Shown: in pieces, positions 21,601 to 30,458 of the stretch
Position numbering within the stretch: position 1 is the stretch's first letter
How the letters are laid out: every line of letters starts with the position of its first letter
Assembly: GCA_963797095.1 (NCBI GenBank)
Contig: CAWCNY010000003.1
Span: forward strand, 768,001 to 832,000
Origin: an uncultured Chloroflexia bacterium
Lineage (GTDB): Bacteria; Chloroflexota; Chloroflexia; QHBQ01; JADMIH01
DNA length: 64,000 nucleotides
Direction: 5' to 3'
Translations under genes and position numbers: made by a program
Notes under the pieces: generated by a model
The model's database searches: none
Seen by the model: only the letters and a program-made list of their open reading frames with translations
Told to the model about the DNA's origin: nothing

Positions 21601-24337
21601 GGCCGCTGGCTCTAATGGCGGGACATTGATAGAACATTGGAACGGTTCGGCATGGAGTGTTGTTGCCAGCCCCAATCCCGGTCCTACTAGTAGCCTACGA
21701 GGGGTGGCGGTAGCAGCGCCGAACGACGTGTGGGCCGTCGGTCTTTCAATAAACGGTGCCAACTCAAGCACATTGGTTGAGAGGTATAGCAGCACTTGCG
21801 GCATGACCGGCTCACCGACTTCAACGTCTACCATAATTCCAAGCGCCAGCATCACTCGTACAGCCACTGGCACCCCTACTCAAACACCACATCTCAGCCC
21901 GACCAGCACCCGAACTAATACGCGCACCAGCACACCAACATATACCCCTACACCTTGCCCGTTATCATACTGGACGCTCGACACATCCCTACCAGGTGCG
22001 CGAATGGGCGCGGCAGTAGCCACTCTTGGGAGTTTCCTGTATGAAGCTGGTGGCTACGCACCAAGTGGCAGTGCAGCTCCACAGGGCGACATAAAAGGCG
22101 ACTCACCAGAGGTAACCCAAGGTGCCACAGCAAGCCTGGATAATCCTCTCATGAACGTGACTCTCACTAACGCGGCAGGCCGCTTCAACGGGACCGGATG
22201 GTCATCGATAGCCAATCTACCTATTGCCGTAGAAGATGGCACAGGAGTAAGTAACGGTTCGCGCTTTTACGTCATGGGCGGGTATGCTGCTAGCAGCGTT
22301 GAAACCGCCGTGCAGATATTCGATCCAGGTAACAATTCATGGTCGCAGGGTGCGAGGATGCCTTCGGCGGCAGCGGGGGCAGCGGGAGTCTACTATAACG
22401 GTCGAATCTACTTGTTTGGAGGGTGTGCTAATCTACCGTGCACCGTTGCCCTCAACACCGTCCAGATATACAACATTGCCTCTAACTCATGGTCGATGGG
22501 CGCTGCAATACCGCAGAATTTGGACTTCGCATCGGCCCAGGTGATAGGCTCGTACATCTATCTGGCCGGAGGGGTAGGCCCATACCCAGCACCCGCCTCA
22601 GCCAAGGCGTACCGCTATGACCCTGCCACCAACTCCTGGAACGATCCAATCATGGCCGACCTGCCTCAGACCTGGTGGGGAGCCGCCTCGGCGGTGTATA
22701 GCGGTAAGTTCTACATGTACGGAGGGATATTGAATGGATATGACACGCTAACAAACCACACTGTCATCTATGATCCGGTATCGAATAGATGGAGTTACGG
22801 GCCGGATATGCACGTAGCCTCCTATCGCCAGCAGGGCGATACCTATCAGGGCACACCGCACATAGTGGGTGGGTCAATGGGCGTATTCATTCCAAGCAGT
22901 CACGTGGAGAAGCTTACAGCACCATACTGCGCAACGCCTTTACCCACCGCCACGATCCCGCCCGGCTCGACCAGCACCCGCACACCTACCCATACAACAA
23001 CCAGTACAGTAACCATCACCCGCACCCCAACCCGCACAATTACCCCCGGCGGTCCGACCAACACGCGTGGCCCCAGTCCTACTCCTACTCAAGACGATTA
23101 TCAGATCATCAGGGGCACGGCAACCATCGTACCCGGCACAGTAGATCTGGGTAGCCACTGCAATGATTGTTACACGACTATCTGGCTTCCGTTTACAGTA
23201 CAGTTGTATGGCCGCTCATTCTCATGGGTCTCCTCTGCATCCTCTAATGGCTTAGTCATCTTCGTGTCGGGTTCCGGTGATCCCAGGAACGTTTGTCTAC
23301 CGGTGAACTTTACCTACGACACCATCTTTGCGTTCTGGGATGACCTGACAACGGCATGCACAGGCTGCGGCATATACGAGTCGATATCCGGCGTGGCGCC
23401 CAACCGTATTCTCAATCTGGAGTGGCGAGCCCAGCTCGTTGGGGGTACCAGGCCCGTAAACTTCGAGGTCCGCCTGCATGAGAACAGTAGCCGGTTCGAC
23501 CTCATATATGGCGAGATAGACGGCAACGGCAGCAGTGCCACTATTGGCGTAGAGCACGACAATGCTGTGTACACACAATATTTGTGCAATCCATCCACGC
23601 CCGGCGATAGCGCGCACAATCCTGATGACTTGATACAGACAGGTGACATGCTCACTTTCCAGCAGCCTGATACCGGAGAGCCGTCACCCACCCCCACCGC
23701 CTGCGCGATCCAATTCTCCGACGTGCCAGATGGGTCCACTTTTTACTCATACATACGCTGCCTGGCCTGCCGTGCCATCCTGAGCGGCTACTCCGACGGC
23801 ACCTTCCGACCCAACAACCCCATCACGCGCGGTCAGCTCGCCAAAATAGCCTCCAATGCGGTTGGCCTGAACGAAGCGCACACCGAGCAGTCGTTCCAGG
23901 ATGTGGAGGTGGGCAGCACCTTTTACGACTTCATAGCCAGGCTATCGGTGCGTGGCTACATAAGCGGCTACGCGTGCGGCAGCCCTGGCGAACCATGCGG
24001 ACCCAATAACCTGCCTTACTTCCGGCCCAACAACAACGTCACGCGAGGGCAAGCGTCCAAGATCGTGGCAAACGCGGCGCTTCTTAGCCCCATCCTCCCG
24101 CCCGGCCCCCCGTCCAGCCTGCAAACGTTCCAGGATGTGCCGGAAGGGAGCACTTTCTGGGAGTGGATCGAAGAGATGGCAGGCAACGGCATAATCAACG
24201 GCTATCCCTGCGGAGGGCCAGGCGAGCCGTGCGGCCCCGACAACCTGCCTTACTTCCGGCCCAACAACAACGTGACAAGAGGCCAGGCAGCCAAGATCAT
24301 CGCCAACACCTTCTTCCCCGACTGCGAGACACCCTAG
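18617..24337 (+). CDS. Large S-layer-homology (SLH) surface protein: beta-helix-like region, Pro/Thr linkers, 7x NDVWAVG repeats, Kelch repeats, C-terminal SLH domains
   Basis: Signal peptide; G/N/T-rich passenger-like region; TPTNTP linkers; Kelch motifs ([21 protein letters not shown]); [20 protein letters not shown] repeats; SD AGGAGG. Confidence 0.9.
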   Translation: MPTNNHTKHRAGILVTFIATFAALIVLGAVIAAADAEGQAFASLPAGQGDPVHPQQPALAVVCVDNAHGMYNPGAPCSNTTITTTIEAALALVDSGGEIRVAAGNYDAAATATQPVSIVGGYAGGAGGFVSSDPTTNVSQLGQVTVNSIMQASNFTLVDSIAGTGTLNLAGVVTWSNGQMTGSGSTTIQSGAVLSATWGNNLVGLYGRNLNNQGTIVFSTTRALDLANGSVLTNSGTFSLLSDMLLNKDGGATPTFSNNGVLRKPTGTPDIAITNNTNGIDFHNTGQIDIQSGKLSVAGGSIYLDTGTTVTGMGFFSLPDGTANFSSASPISISRLELGLSGLITGTGDLQVTSVFSWTGGTMMGPGSMTIQSGANLNAIFNVNGVGTYGRTINNQGTTVYSTGGRTLDIGTGTAFNNNGQFQAVSNFPISNSTGGGNSFFNNNGSFVAQSSTITTVGANVQFTNSGTVDLQVCTLTLNGTYVQAAGLTHLDNAIVGGGSTMTLNGGVLSGTGTIGNPVTNTNVSNNGGYVSPGDSPGTLTIYGVYTQGAGATLNIELGGTTPGTGYDQLAVHGAVTLAGTLNVSAINGFVPLNGNQFTVLTYNSRTGMFTQITGGQFSAAYNANDLTLTVTGPVGTATSTPGATNTRTNTPTPTRTPTTGSTPTHTPTRTNTPTNAPTNTPTRTSTNVPSATSTNTSSVTPTNFPSATYTNIPTNTPTRTATPCPEAWNVVTNPNPGISSALNSVAVVGPTNIWAVGNYSNDGTNYQTLIEHWDGSVWSVIASPSFGLFDGLESVAAAAANDVWAVGSYTNDGTNYQTLIEHWDGSAWSVVASPGPGTYCNLRGVAVAGANDVWAVGYCSNGSTNYQTLMEHWDGSAWSVVASPNLGTSDILDSVAVAAPNDVWAVGYYGNGGSDLTLVEHWDGSAWSVVASPNPAASNLLNDVAVAAPNDVWAVGNSSGGTLIEHWNGSAWVVSDTGGGGLGGVAVAAPNDVWAAGSNGGTLIEHWNGSAWSVVASPNPGPTSSLRGVAVAAPNDVWAVGLSINGANSSTLVERYSSTCGMTGSPTSTSTIIPSASITRTATGTPTQTPHLSPTSTRTNTRTSTPTYTPTPCPLSYWTLDTSLPGARMGAAVATLGSFLYEAGGYAPSGSAAPQGDIKGDSPEVTQGATASLDNPLMNVTLTNAAGRFNGTGWSSIANLPIAVEDGTGVSNGSRFYVMGGYAASSVETAVQIFDPGNNSWSQGARMPSAAAGAAGVYYNGRIYLFGGCANLPCTVALNTVQIYNIASNSWSMGAAIPQNLDFASAQVIGSYIYLAGGVGPYPAPASAKAYRYDPATNSWNDPIMADLPQTWWGAASAVYSGKFYMYGGILNGYDTLTNHTVIYDPVSNRWSYGPDMHVASYRQQGDTYQGTPHIVGGSMGVFIPSSHVEKLTAPYCATPLPTATIPPGSTSTRTPTHTTTSTVTITRTPTRTITPGGPTNTRGPSPTPTQDDYQIIRGTATIVPGTVDLGSHCNDCYTTIWLPFTVQLYGRSFSWVSSASSNGLVIFVSGSGDPRNVCLPVNFTYDTIFAFWDDLTTACTGCGIYESISGVAPNRILNLEWRAQLVGGTRPVNFEVRLHENSSRFDLIYGEIDGNGSSATIGVEHDNAVYTQYLCNPSTPGDSAHNPDDLIQTGDMLTFQQPDTGEPSPTPTACAIQFSDVPDGSTFYSYIRCLACRAILSGYSDGTFRPNNPITRGQLAKIASNAVGLNEAHTEQSFQDVEVGSTFYDFIARLSVRGYISGYACGSPGEPCGPNNLPYFRPNNNVTRGQASKIVANAALLSPILPPGPPSSLQTFQDVPEGSTFWEWIEEMAGNGIINGYPCGGPGEPCGPDNLPYFRPNNNVTRGQAAKIIANTFFPDCETP

Positions 24338-24444
24338 ATGGACGTGTTGCAACAACATTTGAGTTATAAAGCACACAGCACCAATCGCAGCCAGGCTCGT
24401 CCTCGTCGATGATGCGGCTCAAGTCGCAGTAGAAAGCTCGCGTA

Positions 24445-24813
24445 GTGACGGGGCAGGTTCGAGCTATATCCAGCGCCGGGGCCTGGCAGCACGTGCCTAC
24501 CACCCTGGGACCCGGTACTCCGGTCGGAGATATCGCGTTGCTGGCGGGTGGGCCGTCAACTTCTACCTTCGAAGTTGCTATCAATGCCGATCTATTGGCC
24601 CGCTCCAGCGAAGATTTCGAATATGCCTTGCACCGGCACCCCGCAATAGCTAACAATCTCTCCCGGATCATGGCGCGACGCTCGCGCGATTTGGACTCCC
24701 GGAGGATTGATGCGTTCGTCAAGCGAGGTGAGGAAGCAGCCCGCACCGCCATACCCAGGATCACGGAACTACTCAAACCGGGCACGCAGGAGACTACTGG
24801 CGAGACCCAATAA
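24445..24813 (+). pseudogene. Collapsed cNMP-binding / patatin-like remnant
   Basis: LGPGTPVGDIALLAGGPSTST..HPAIANNLSRIMARR (cNMP-binding-like) fused to RIDAFVKRGEEAARTAIPRITELL (resembles the patatin/NTE terminal helix). Confidence 0.5.
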
Positions 24814-24827
24814 GGATTGAATATGCT

Positions 24828-25011
24828 ATGATAAAGAACCAAGGTTAGCATAACCATAAAGCGGCCTGCCCACGAAGTATTCGCCTATGTAACTCGCGTG
24901 GTAGGTCCTCTCCTGGTGGGTCGCCTCAGGCAACAGGCCGAAACAAACCTTGCCAATCTCAAGCCCGAATTGGGGCAGCGCGTAGCGCTCCCTGCGGAGC
25001 AGCAGCCATAA
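24828..25011 (+). pseudogene. Collapsed SRPBCC remnant
   Basis: Removing one extra A gives MIRTKVSITIKRPAHEVFAYVT joined to RVVGPLLVGRLRQQAETNLANLKPEL, i.e. only the first strand/helix and last helix of the fold. Confidence 0.55.
24975..25003 (+). repeat. 24-bp palindromic unit, locus 1
   Basis: GCAGC-GCGTAGCGCTCCCTGCGGA-GCAGC. Confidence 0.9.
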
Positions 25012-25043
25012 CCCTGGCGTTGTCTCCGGCGTTAAACGTGTGA

Positions 25044-26330
25044 ATGACTGAGCGGGAGTTAGATGAAACTATGATATCTTCACAGAAACAGACAAGACGC
25101 GTGGTAGTAACCGGTATGGGGGCCGTATCACCGCTGGGCAATGACGTAGAAAGCACCTGGAAGGCTGCGGTCCAGGGTCGTTCGGGCATTTTCAACATTA
25201 CCCGCTTCGACGCAACTCCATATGAGACACGCTTCGCCGGTGAAGTCAAAGGCTTCAGGGCCGAGGAATACGTGCCTCCAAAGAACATCAGGCGAATGGA
25301 TCGCTTCATTCATTACGCGATGGCGGTGTGCAAGCAGGCAGCGGGCCAGGCGCAACTCGTTATCAATGAAGATAATGCGGACGACATTGGCGTGATTATC
25401 GGCTCGGCCATAGGTGGCATCGAGACCTTGACGGAGGCGGTGCGCACGCTCGATAGGGAAGGCCCCTATAAGTTGAGCCCGTTCGCCGTACTGATGATGC
25501 TGACAGACCTGGCAGCCGGGCAAGTATCTATCGAAATGGGCATGCGAGGGCCTAATCTTGCTATTGTCTCGGCTTGCGCCTCCTCTGCGCATGCCATCGG
25601 CGAATCGGTTGAGATAATCCGCCGGGGGCAGGCGCAAGTCATGTTCGCGGGCGGTGCTGAGGCCACAGTTTGCCCCGTGGGATTATCGGTGTTCGGGGTC
25701 ATGCGTGCCCTCTCTACCCACAACGATGAACCTCAAAGGGCCTCGCGCCCTTTTGATAAGCTGAGGGACGGCTTCGTGCTATCAGAAGGGGCTGCGGTGC
25801 TGATCCTGGAAGACCTCGAGTTTGCCCAGGCCAGGGGCGCATCCATTCTGGCAGAGATTGTAGGTTACGGATCTACCGCTGACGCCTCCCATGTTACAGC
25901 CCCTCTGGAGGGCGGAGTAGGTATGGCGCGAGCGATAGTTCGGGCTCTCAACAGCGCCGGACTCGAGCCGAAAGACATAGATTACATCAATGCACATGGC
26001 ACCAGCACGCCTCTCAATGATAAGAACGAGACGGCGGCCATAAAAACGGTCTTCGGTGAGGATGCCTACAGGATACCCGTTTCTTCAACGAAGAGCATGA
26101 CCGGACACATGGTAGGCGCGACGGGCGCTATTGAGATGATCTTTTGCATCAAAGCTATTCAGGAAGGTATAGTTCCGCCGACCATCAACCGGCAGGTGCC
26201 CGATCCTGAGTGTGATCTCGATATTGTGCCTGATGAGGCACGCCGAATCAAAGTAAGACGAGCGCTCTCGAACAGCATGGGATTCGGTGGGCATAATGCC
26301 GCCCTTATCGTGAAAAGTTTCGAAGACTAA
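25044..26330 (+). CDS. fabF: Beta-ketoacyl-ACP synthase II
   Basis: RRVVVTGMGAVSPLG, catalytic SACASS, NAHGTST, STKSMTGH, SNSMGFGGHNA; alternative start 25071. Confidence 0.95.
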   Translation: MTERELDETMISSQKQTRRVVVTGMGAVSPLGNDVESTWKAAVQGRSGIFNITRFDATPYETRFAGEVKGFRAEEYVPPKNIRRMDRFIHYAMAVCKQAAGQAQLVINEDNADDIGVIIGSAIGGIETLTEAVRTLDREGPYKLSPFAVLMMLTDLAAGQVSIEMGMRGPNLAIVSACASSAHAIGESVEIIRRGQAQVMFAGGAEATVCPVGLSVFGVMRALSTHNDEPQRASRPFDKLRDGFVLSEGAAVLILEDLEFAQARGASILAEIVGYGSTADASHVTAPLEGGVGMARAIVRALNSAGLEPKDIDYINAHGTSTPLNDKNETAAIKTVFGEDAYRIPVSSTKSMTGHMVGATGAIEMIFCIKAIQEGIVPPTINRQVPDPECDLDIVPDEARRIKVRRALSNSMGFGGHNAALIVKSFED

Positions 26331-26570
26331 CCTCACTTCCAACTTTGGTACTCAATCAATTTCGGCAGGCTCAGCGTCTATGATCCCGCCCCATAGATAG
26401 CAGGCCTTTGGGTCGGTCGCTTTAGTAGTTGCAACACAGCCTCTATGGTATACTAGGGCATATTCGGAGATATTCGGACAGACTTGTACCTATTGATTAG
26501 GTACTTTGTCAGGTATATTACTTTAGATTATTAGTGCAGCCCTGCCGCTCTGGCTGCGAAAGGCGTCGGA

Positions 26571-29252
26571 TTGGGTACTGAACAGGGCTCTGATACTGAT
26601 GTCCAAAGGATCTCTCCTCATACCCATGATCCTGCTTCCCCGATGTTGGGCCCTCAGGGCGCGCTCCCTGCAACACCCAACCCATCGATCTACTCTCCGA
26701 CCCTTCTTAGCAACTCTATCCTGAATGGGCGTGGGAATGGCCCGGTGCGCATATCGCTGATCCAGCAAATGCAGCAATCGCACGGCAACCGCGCCGTACA
26801 GAAATTCCTCCAGAGATCCTCCACAGCAAACTCATATCCCAAGCACGACAGTAGGATAGCTCCGATAACTCCGATAACTCCGGCCCCGTTCACAAACCTC
26901 GCCGAATACGAAGCGGAAAACCTCAACTTATCTGCTCCTGAGCCCACATCCCTTCCTGAGCTCCACCAACCTCAAATTCATGGAAACCAGGAGATAGAGA
27001 CGGACAGGTACGGGCGGCTGGAGCAGCGCATAGCGCTCCCTGCGGAGCAGCGCGTAGATGGCCTGGTTCTTGTACAGCGCTGCGGTGCGGAGGTGCATGA
27101 AGGCTGTGCCTGCGCGGCGCATAAGGGAGCGTCCGCAAGTCCTGCTGACAAAGACAATAGCCAGTTACCTGTGCAAACGCGGCGCGGCTCAGATCATTTG
27201 CAGCGGGTGCCCGCCTCCACTTCAGGGACGCGCGCCTCTGGCGCAACAGGAATGCCTGTGCAGAGAGATGGTAAGACAGGCGCCCAACCTGCACCCACTG
27301 GAGGCATCCAGGCCCCATCCGGACCCCCACCATCCGCGGGCACCATAATTAAACTGCCGGGGGCAACACTCTTCAACGTCTCCAAGGCTATCGATGTGGG
27401 GAAAGGTACCGAGGGTTCGGTGCCCCTTTACGAGGGGCTTGTCGAAGTGCCCTACATCGGACCTGTGAAATTGGACGTGAAGGGCACAGGCAAACTGTCA
27501 CCCTCGCTCACGCTAAGTGCATCGGGCAGTCTGCATGATGCGCAAGTGCAAACCCCTTCTACTTTGGCGCAGACAGGTGCTAAGATGGAGGCGAGTTACG
27601 CGAAGGAGGGCACTACCGTAGGAGGCGCTGTTGGAGGCTTTGTACGCAATGTCACCGGCAGCGAAACGGCAGGCGGCCTTGCAGGGGGCGCTGTCGGGGC
27701 AATGGTAGGATCGGTTGGAGGAGGTGCCTATGGGGCATACAAAGGCGGCGAAGCCGGAATACGAGCCGGCGCCGGCCTGCCAACCGCGCCTGTCTCTTCC
27801 AGCGCGCCGATGCTCGGCTCAGCTAAACTCACCGCCGAAGGACAGGCCAAAGGTCGCCTGGACGGGGAGGTGGCTATTGAAGCCAGCGCTAACCCAACTC
27901 TGCTACCGGGCAAGGGCAAAATCAAGGTGGGGTTGAAGGGCGGCCTCGGCCTGGGAGCCACCGGGCAGGCCACAGTAGGCGCTCAAGTTGGTTACGACCC
28001 GGAATTCAAGGGTAAGGGCCGGGACAAAGAAGTACCGATCAAATTCCAGGATGGTAAGTTGACGCTGGAAAAGGCCAGCCTCGATTTGAAAGCCTCGATC
28101 AACCTCGACCTGAGGGCTATAGGCTTTGCTGAAGCCAGGCTTCTCCTGGGTATCGGCAGGTTCCATGACGATCGGGCAAAGGCCGGGACTGCCCAGGGAG
28201 CCGCCCCTGCGAGCGCACCGGGGAGCGCTTCTGCGGGTCCCTCTCCGAGCCCTTCAGCGGGTGGGGCTGGGAAGGGCGGCGCAGTCTGCAAGAAAGTTGA
28301 CGACAAAGAGGCGCTCCCCGACAAGGCCTGGGACGACATGACCAGTATCGAAAAGGTCTGGCGCAAAGAGTGGGACCTGCTTAATAAGGAGTGGAAGCTA
28401 TGGGAACTGGCTTTCTCCGTCTCCACTTCCAAACCCGGCGATAATATGGAGGCTCAGGTTGAGCAGAAGAACATAAAGGTAATAGATGCCAACGAATGGC
28501 TCAACACCATAAAGAAGGTGGGCACAGCGGTTGCAAATGCTCCCAAGGCGTTGGGGGCTGCAAAGAACGCCTTGGGCCTCAATACGCCTGCGAATGACAA
28601 CGACTGCATACCTGATGAGTCGCCCGGCGCTGTAGAGGAGGATGTTAAAAAGGCGAAGGCTGCTTTGGGAGATAGGCTATTCTGGCGCGAAGAACTTCAA
28701 AACGTCCTGGGCCTGGGCAAAACTGCGGCCTTATCGCGTATCACGAAGTGGAAAGCACAAGCCATACTCCACCAACTTGCGTCAACAACCTTCGACAGCG
28801 AAACTCAGTACTCTTTCGATTCAACCAAGGCCGGCCAGCGCGAGGTTTCGCCAGGCAACCGCGCTAAATACGGGTTTACAAACCCGGCGAAGACCTCGAC
28901 CGTAGGGTTGCAAATCCTGACCAAGGGGCTTAGATCCGATTCACCCCCACCCATTCAAAGTGGTAGCGCGGAGTACCACCAGACAAAAGCCAGATACGAT
29001 AGCAAGCGAGGTCCCGCTCATAAGAACTTCGGCTTTGATGTTGCAGTTCTCGGCCATGGTCCCGAAGGCGCTTCCACATATTGGAATAGGATTGGACACA
29101 CGCAGGCTAAGGCTGATAACAAAGCCTGGAACAATGATGCCGCCAACTATCATGGCCCCGAGCATGAGGCCGAGTCCGCTGCATCAGGAGGCAGCTCCGA
29201 GCGCTATCGCGTGCCGTCCCAACTCATTGGAAGCCACTCTGACTGGTTGTAA
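26571..29252 (+). CDS. Putative polymorphic toxin with eCIS-effector-like QR motifs and C-terminal HNH/EndoVII (GH-E-like) nuclease
   Basis: GNRAVQKFLQR, VQRCG, LQR and PVQR motifs; glycine-zipper; C-terminal LGH..ASTYWNRIG..WNNDAANY..PE; followed by SMI1/KNR4 gene; start uncertain. Confidence 0.75.
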   Translation: MGTEQGSDTDVQRISPHTHDPASPMLGPQGALPATPNPSIYSPTLLSNSILNGRGNGPVRISLIQQMQQSHGNRAVQKFLQRSSTANSYPKHDSRIAPITPITPAPFTNLAEYEAENLNLSAPEPTSLPELHQPQIHGNQEIETDRYGRLEQRIALPAEQRVDGLVLVQRCGAEVHEGCACAAHKGASASPADKDNSQLPVQTRRGSDHLQRVPASTSGTRASGATGMPVQRDGKTGAQPAPTGGIQAPSGPPPSAGTIIKLPGATLFNVSKAIDVGKGTEGSVPLYEGLVEVPYIGPVKLDVKGTGKLSPSLTLSASGSLHDAQVQTPSTLAQTGAKMEASYAKEGTTVGGAVGGFVRNVTGSETAGGLAGGAVGAMVGSVGGGAYGAYKGGEAGIRAGAGLPTAPVSSSAPMLGSAKLTAEGQAKGRLDGEVAIEASANPTLLPGKGKIKVGLKGGLGLGATGQATVGAQVGYDPEFKGKGRDKEVPIKFQDGKLTLEKASLDLKASINLDLRAIGFAEARLLLGIGRFHDDRAKAGTAQGAAPASAPGSASAGPSPSPSAGGAGKGGAVCKKVDDKEALPDKAWDDMTSIEKVWRKEWDLLNKEWKLWELAFSVSTSKPGDNMEAQVEQKNIKVIDANEWLNTIKKVGTAVANAPKALGAAKNALGLNTPANDNDCIPDESPGAVEEDVKKAKAALGDRLFWREELQNVLGLGKTAALSRITKWKAQAILHQLASTTFDSETQYSFDSTKAGQREVSPGNRAKYGFTNPAKTSTVGLQILTKGLRSDSPPPIQSGSAEYHQTKARYDSKRGPAHKNFGFDVAVLGHGPEGASTYWNRIGHTQAKADNKAWNNDAANYHGPEHEAESAASGGSSERYRVPSQLIGSHSDWL
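27021..27057 (+). repeat. 24-bp palindromic unit, locus 2 (about 1.5 copies, in frame within the toxin)
   Basis: GAGCAGCGCATAGCGCTCCCTGCG-GAGCAGCGCGTAG, encoding EQRIALPAEQRV. Confidence 0.9.
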
Positions 29253-29303
29253 CTTAGTTGCTACATATTGCGAATTATAGAGTGCTCCAGGATAACGTTG
29301 CTT

Positions 29304-29406
29304 GAGCAGCGCGTAGCGCTCCCTGCGGAGCAGCGCGTAGCGCTCCCTGCGGAGCAGCGCGTAGCGCTCCCTGCGGAGCAGCGCGTAGCGCTCCCTGCGG
29401 AGCAGC
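29304..29406 (+). repeat. 24-bp palindromic unit, locus 3: tandem array of 4 perfect copies plus 7 nt
   Basis: GAGCAGCGCGTAGCGCTCCCTGCG at 29304, 29328, 29352 and 29376, then GAGCAGC. Confidence 0.97.
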
Positions 29407-29640
29407 TTACTGCCTATGGCGCTCGGAATTGGCGGACCCTGCTGGAGAGTGTAGTCCGGCAGACGTCCATTATAGCACATATGTGCTGTTATGCTGTCAG
29501 GACTAGAGATAGTACACACTGTGCAAACGCGAATATGAGCAACCACACACTTGACCCACCTTATTCGCGCCTGACCACAGCCCATGAATGGGCATGGCTT
29601 TAGCCATTCTATTGTAAGTTCAACCGGGAGGGAAATGCAG

Positions 29641-30234
29641 ATGTCGAATAAGGGTGTAGCAGCGCGTAGCGCTCCCGGCGGAGCAGCCAGAATGCGCGAA
29701 GTCTGGGACGATATTGAAGCATGGTACAAGGAGAACGCGCCTCGCCTCTACAATGACTTAGACGAGGGTGCTTCCGAAGAAGAAATAGAAGATGCAGAAA
29801 GGCAACTCGGCCTGACCTTGCCCGAAGATTACAAAGCGTCATTGAAGATACATAATGGCGATGTATACCTGCACGACTATAACTATCTAAGCCTGAAGGG
29901 CGCCCTTCGCAAGTGGTCGCTCATGGTGCGCCTCGGCAAAGAAGGCACGTTTGAGGGCAGAGAGGTTGTGGGTGCAAGCGATGGCAAGATACAGGACAGA
30001 TGGTGGCACGAAGGTTGGATACCCTTCGCGGAAGATGGTGGGGGTAACATGCTCTACATAGACATGGCCCCGGGCGAAAAGGGCAACAAAGGCCAAATAC
30101 TACAGATGGAGCTTGATTCAGGACCATTCAGCACTGAATACAAGTCCTTCCTCGAGTACATGGAGCATTACAGGGACGCGCTACAACGTGGCGTTTACGA
30201 GGTCAATTCAGACGGCATGCTTTCCGAAGCGTGA
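29641..30234 (+). CDS. SMI1/KNR4 (SUKH) family immunity protein
   Basis: GASEEEIEDAERQLGLTLPEDYKASLKIHNG; WWHEGWIPFAEDGGGNMLYIDMAPG..GQI; SD GGAGGG. Confidence 0.92.
   Translation: MSNKGVAARSAPGGAARMREVWDDIEAWYKENAPRLYNDLDEGASEEEIEDAERQLGLTLPEDYKASLKIHNGDVYLHDYNYLSLKGALRKWSLMVRLGKEGTFEGREVVGASDGKIQDRWWHEGWIPFAEDGGGNMLYIDMAPGEKGNKGQILQMELDSGPFSTEYKSFLEYMEHYRDALQRGVYEVNSDGMLSEA
29658..29687 (+). repeat. 24-bp palindromic unit, locus 4 (in frame in the immunity gene N-terminus)
   Basis: AGCAGC-GCGTAGCGCTCCCGGCGG-AGCAGC, with one substitution in the hairpin loop. Confidence 0.9.
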
Positions 30235-30458
30235 CACATGCGATGGTGCATACAACCGAGCGACACAATGTTGATGTGGGGGCGATAAACCGGGTGTGAA
30301 CTTTGCAGCCCCGAGGCAGTAAATCGGAGGGGTGCTTCACTGAGCGAACAACGCGGCATGTTCCGGCAGCGATTGAGTGCCCTGCAGAACGCACTCATAT
30401 ACGCCCCTGAGCACGAGAGCAGACAAGCCTGGACGCCACGTATGATGTATAATTGGGC

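Noticed and set aside
20800-21790. Near-identical ~150-bp repeats as a possible DGR template/variable pair
   Set aside because: They are in-frame NDVWAVG domain repeats, differences are not adenine-specific, and no reverse transcriptase is present
25044-26330. fabF as part of a type II PKS cluster
   Set aside because: No chain-length factor or ACP adjacent; motifs fit ordinary FabF
26426-29265. TAGTTGCAACA / TAGTTGCTACA on either side of the toxin gene as possible att or target-site repeats
   Set aside because: Only 10/11 match, no integrase nearby, and it would separate toxin from immunity; compatible with chance
29304-29406. Possible CRISPR array (24-bp palindromic repeats)
   Set aside because: Repeats are directly adjacent with no spacers, and there are no cas genes in the window
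29184-29729. ORFs with RRERYALL or EQRVALPA repeats in the toxin-immunity spacer
   Set aside because: Open mainly because the 24-bp unit lacks stops; no SD or domain features
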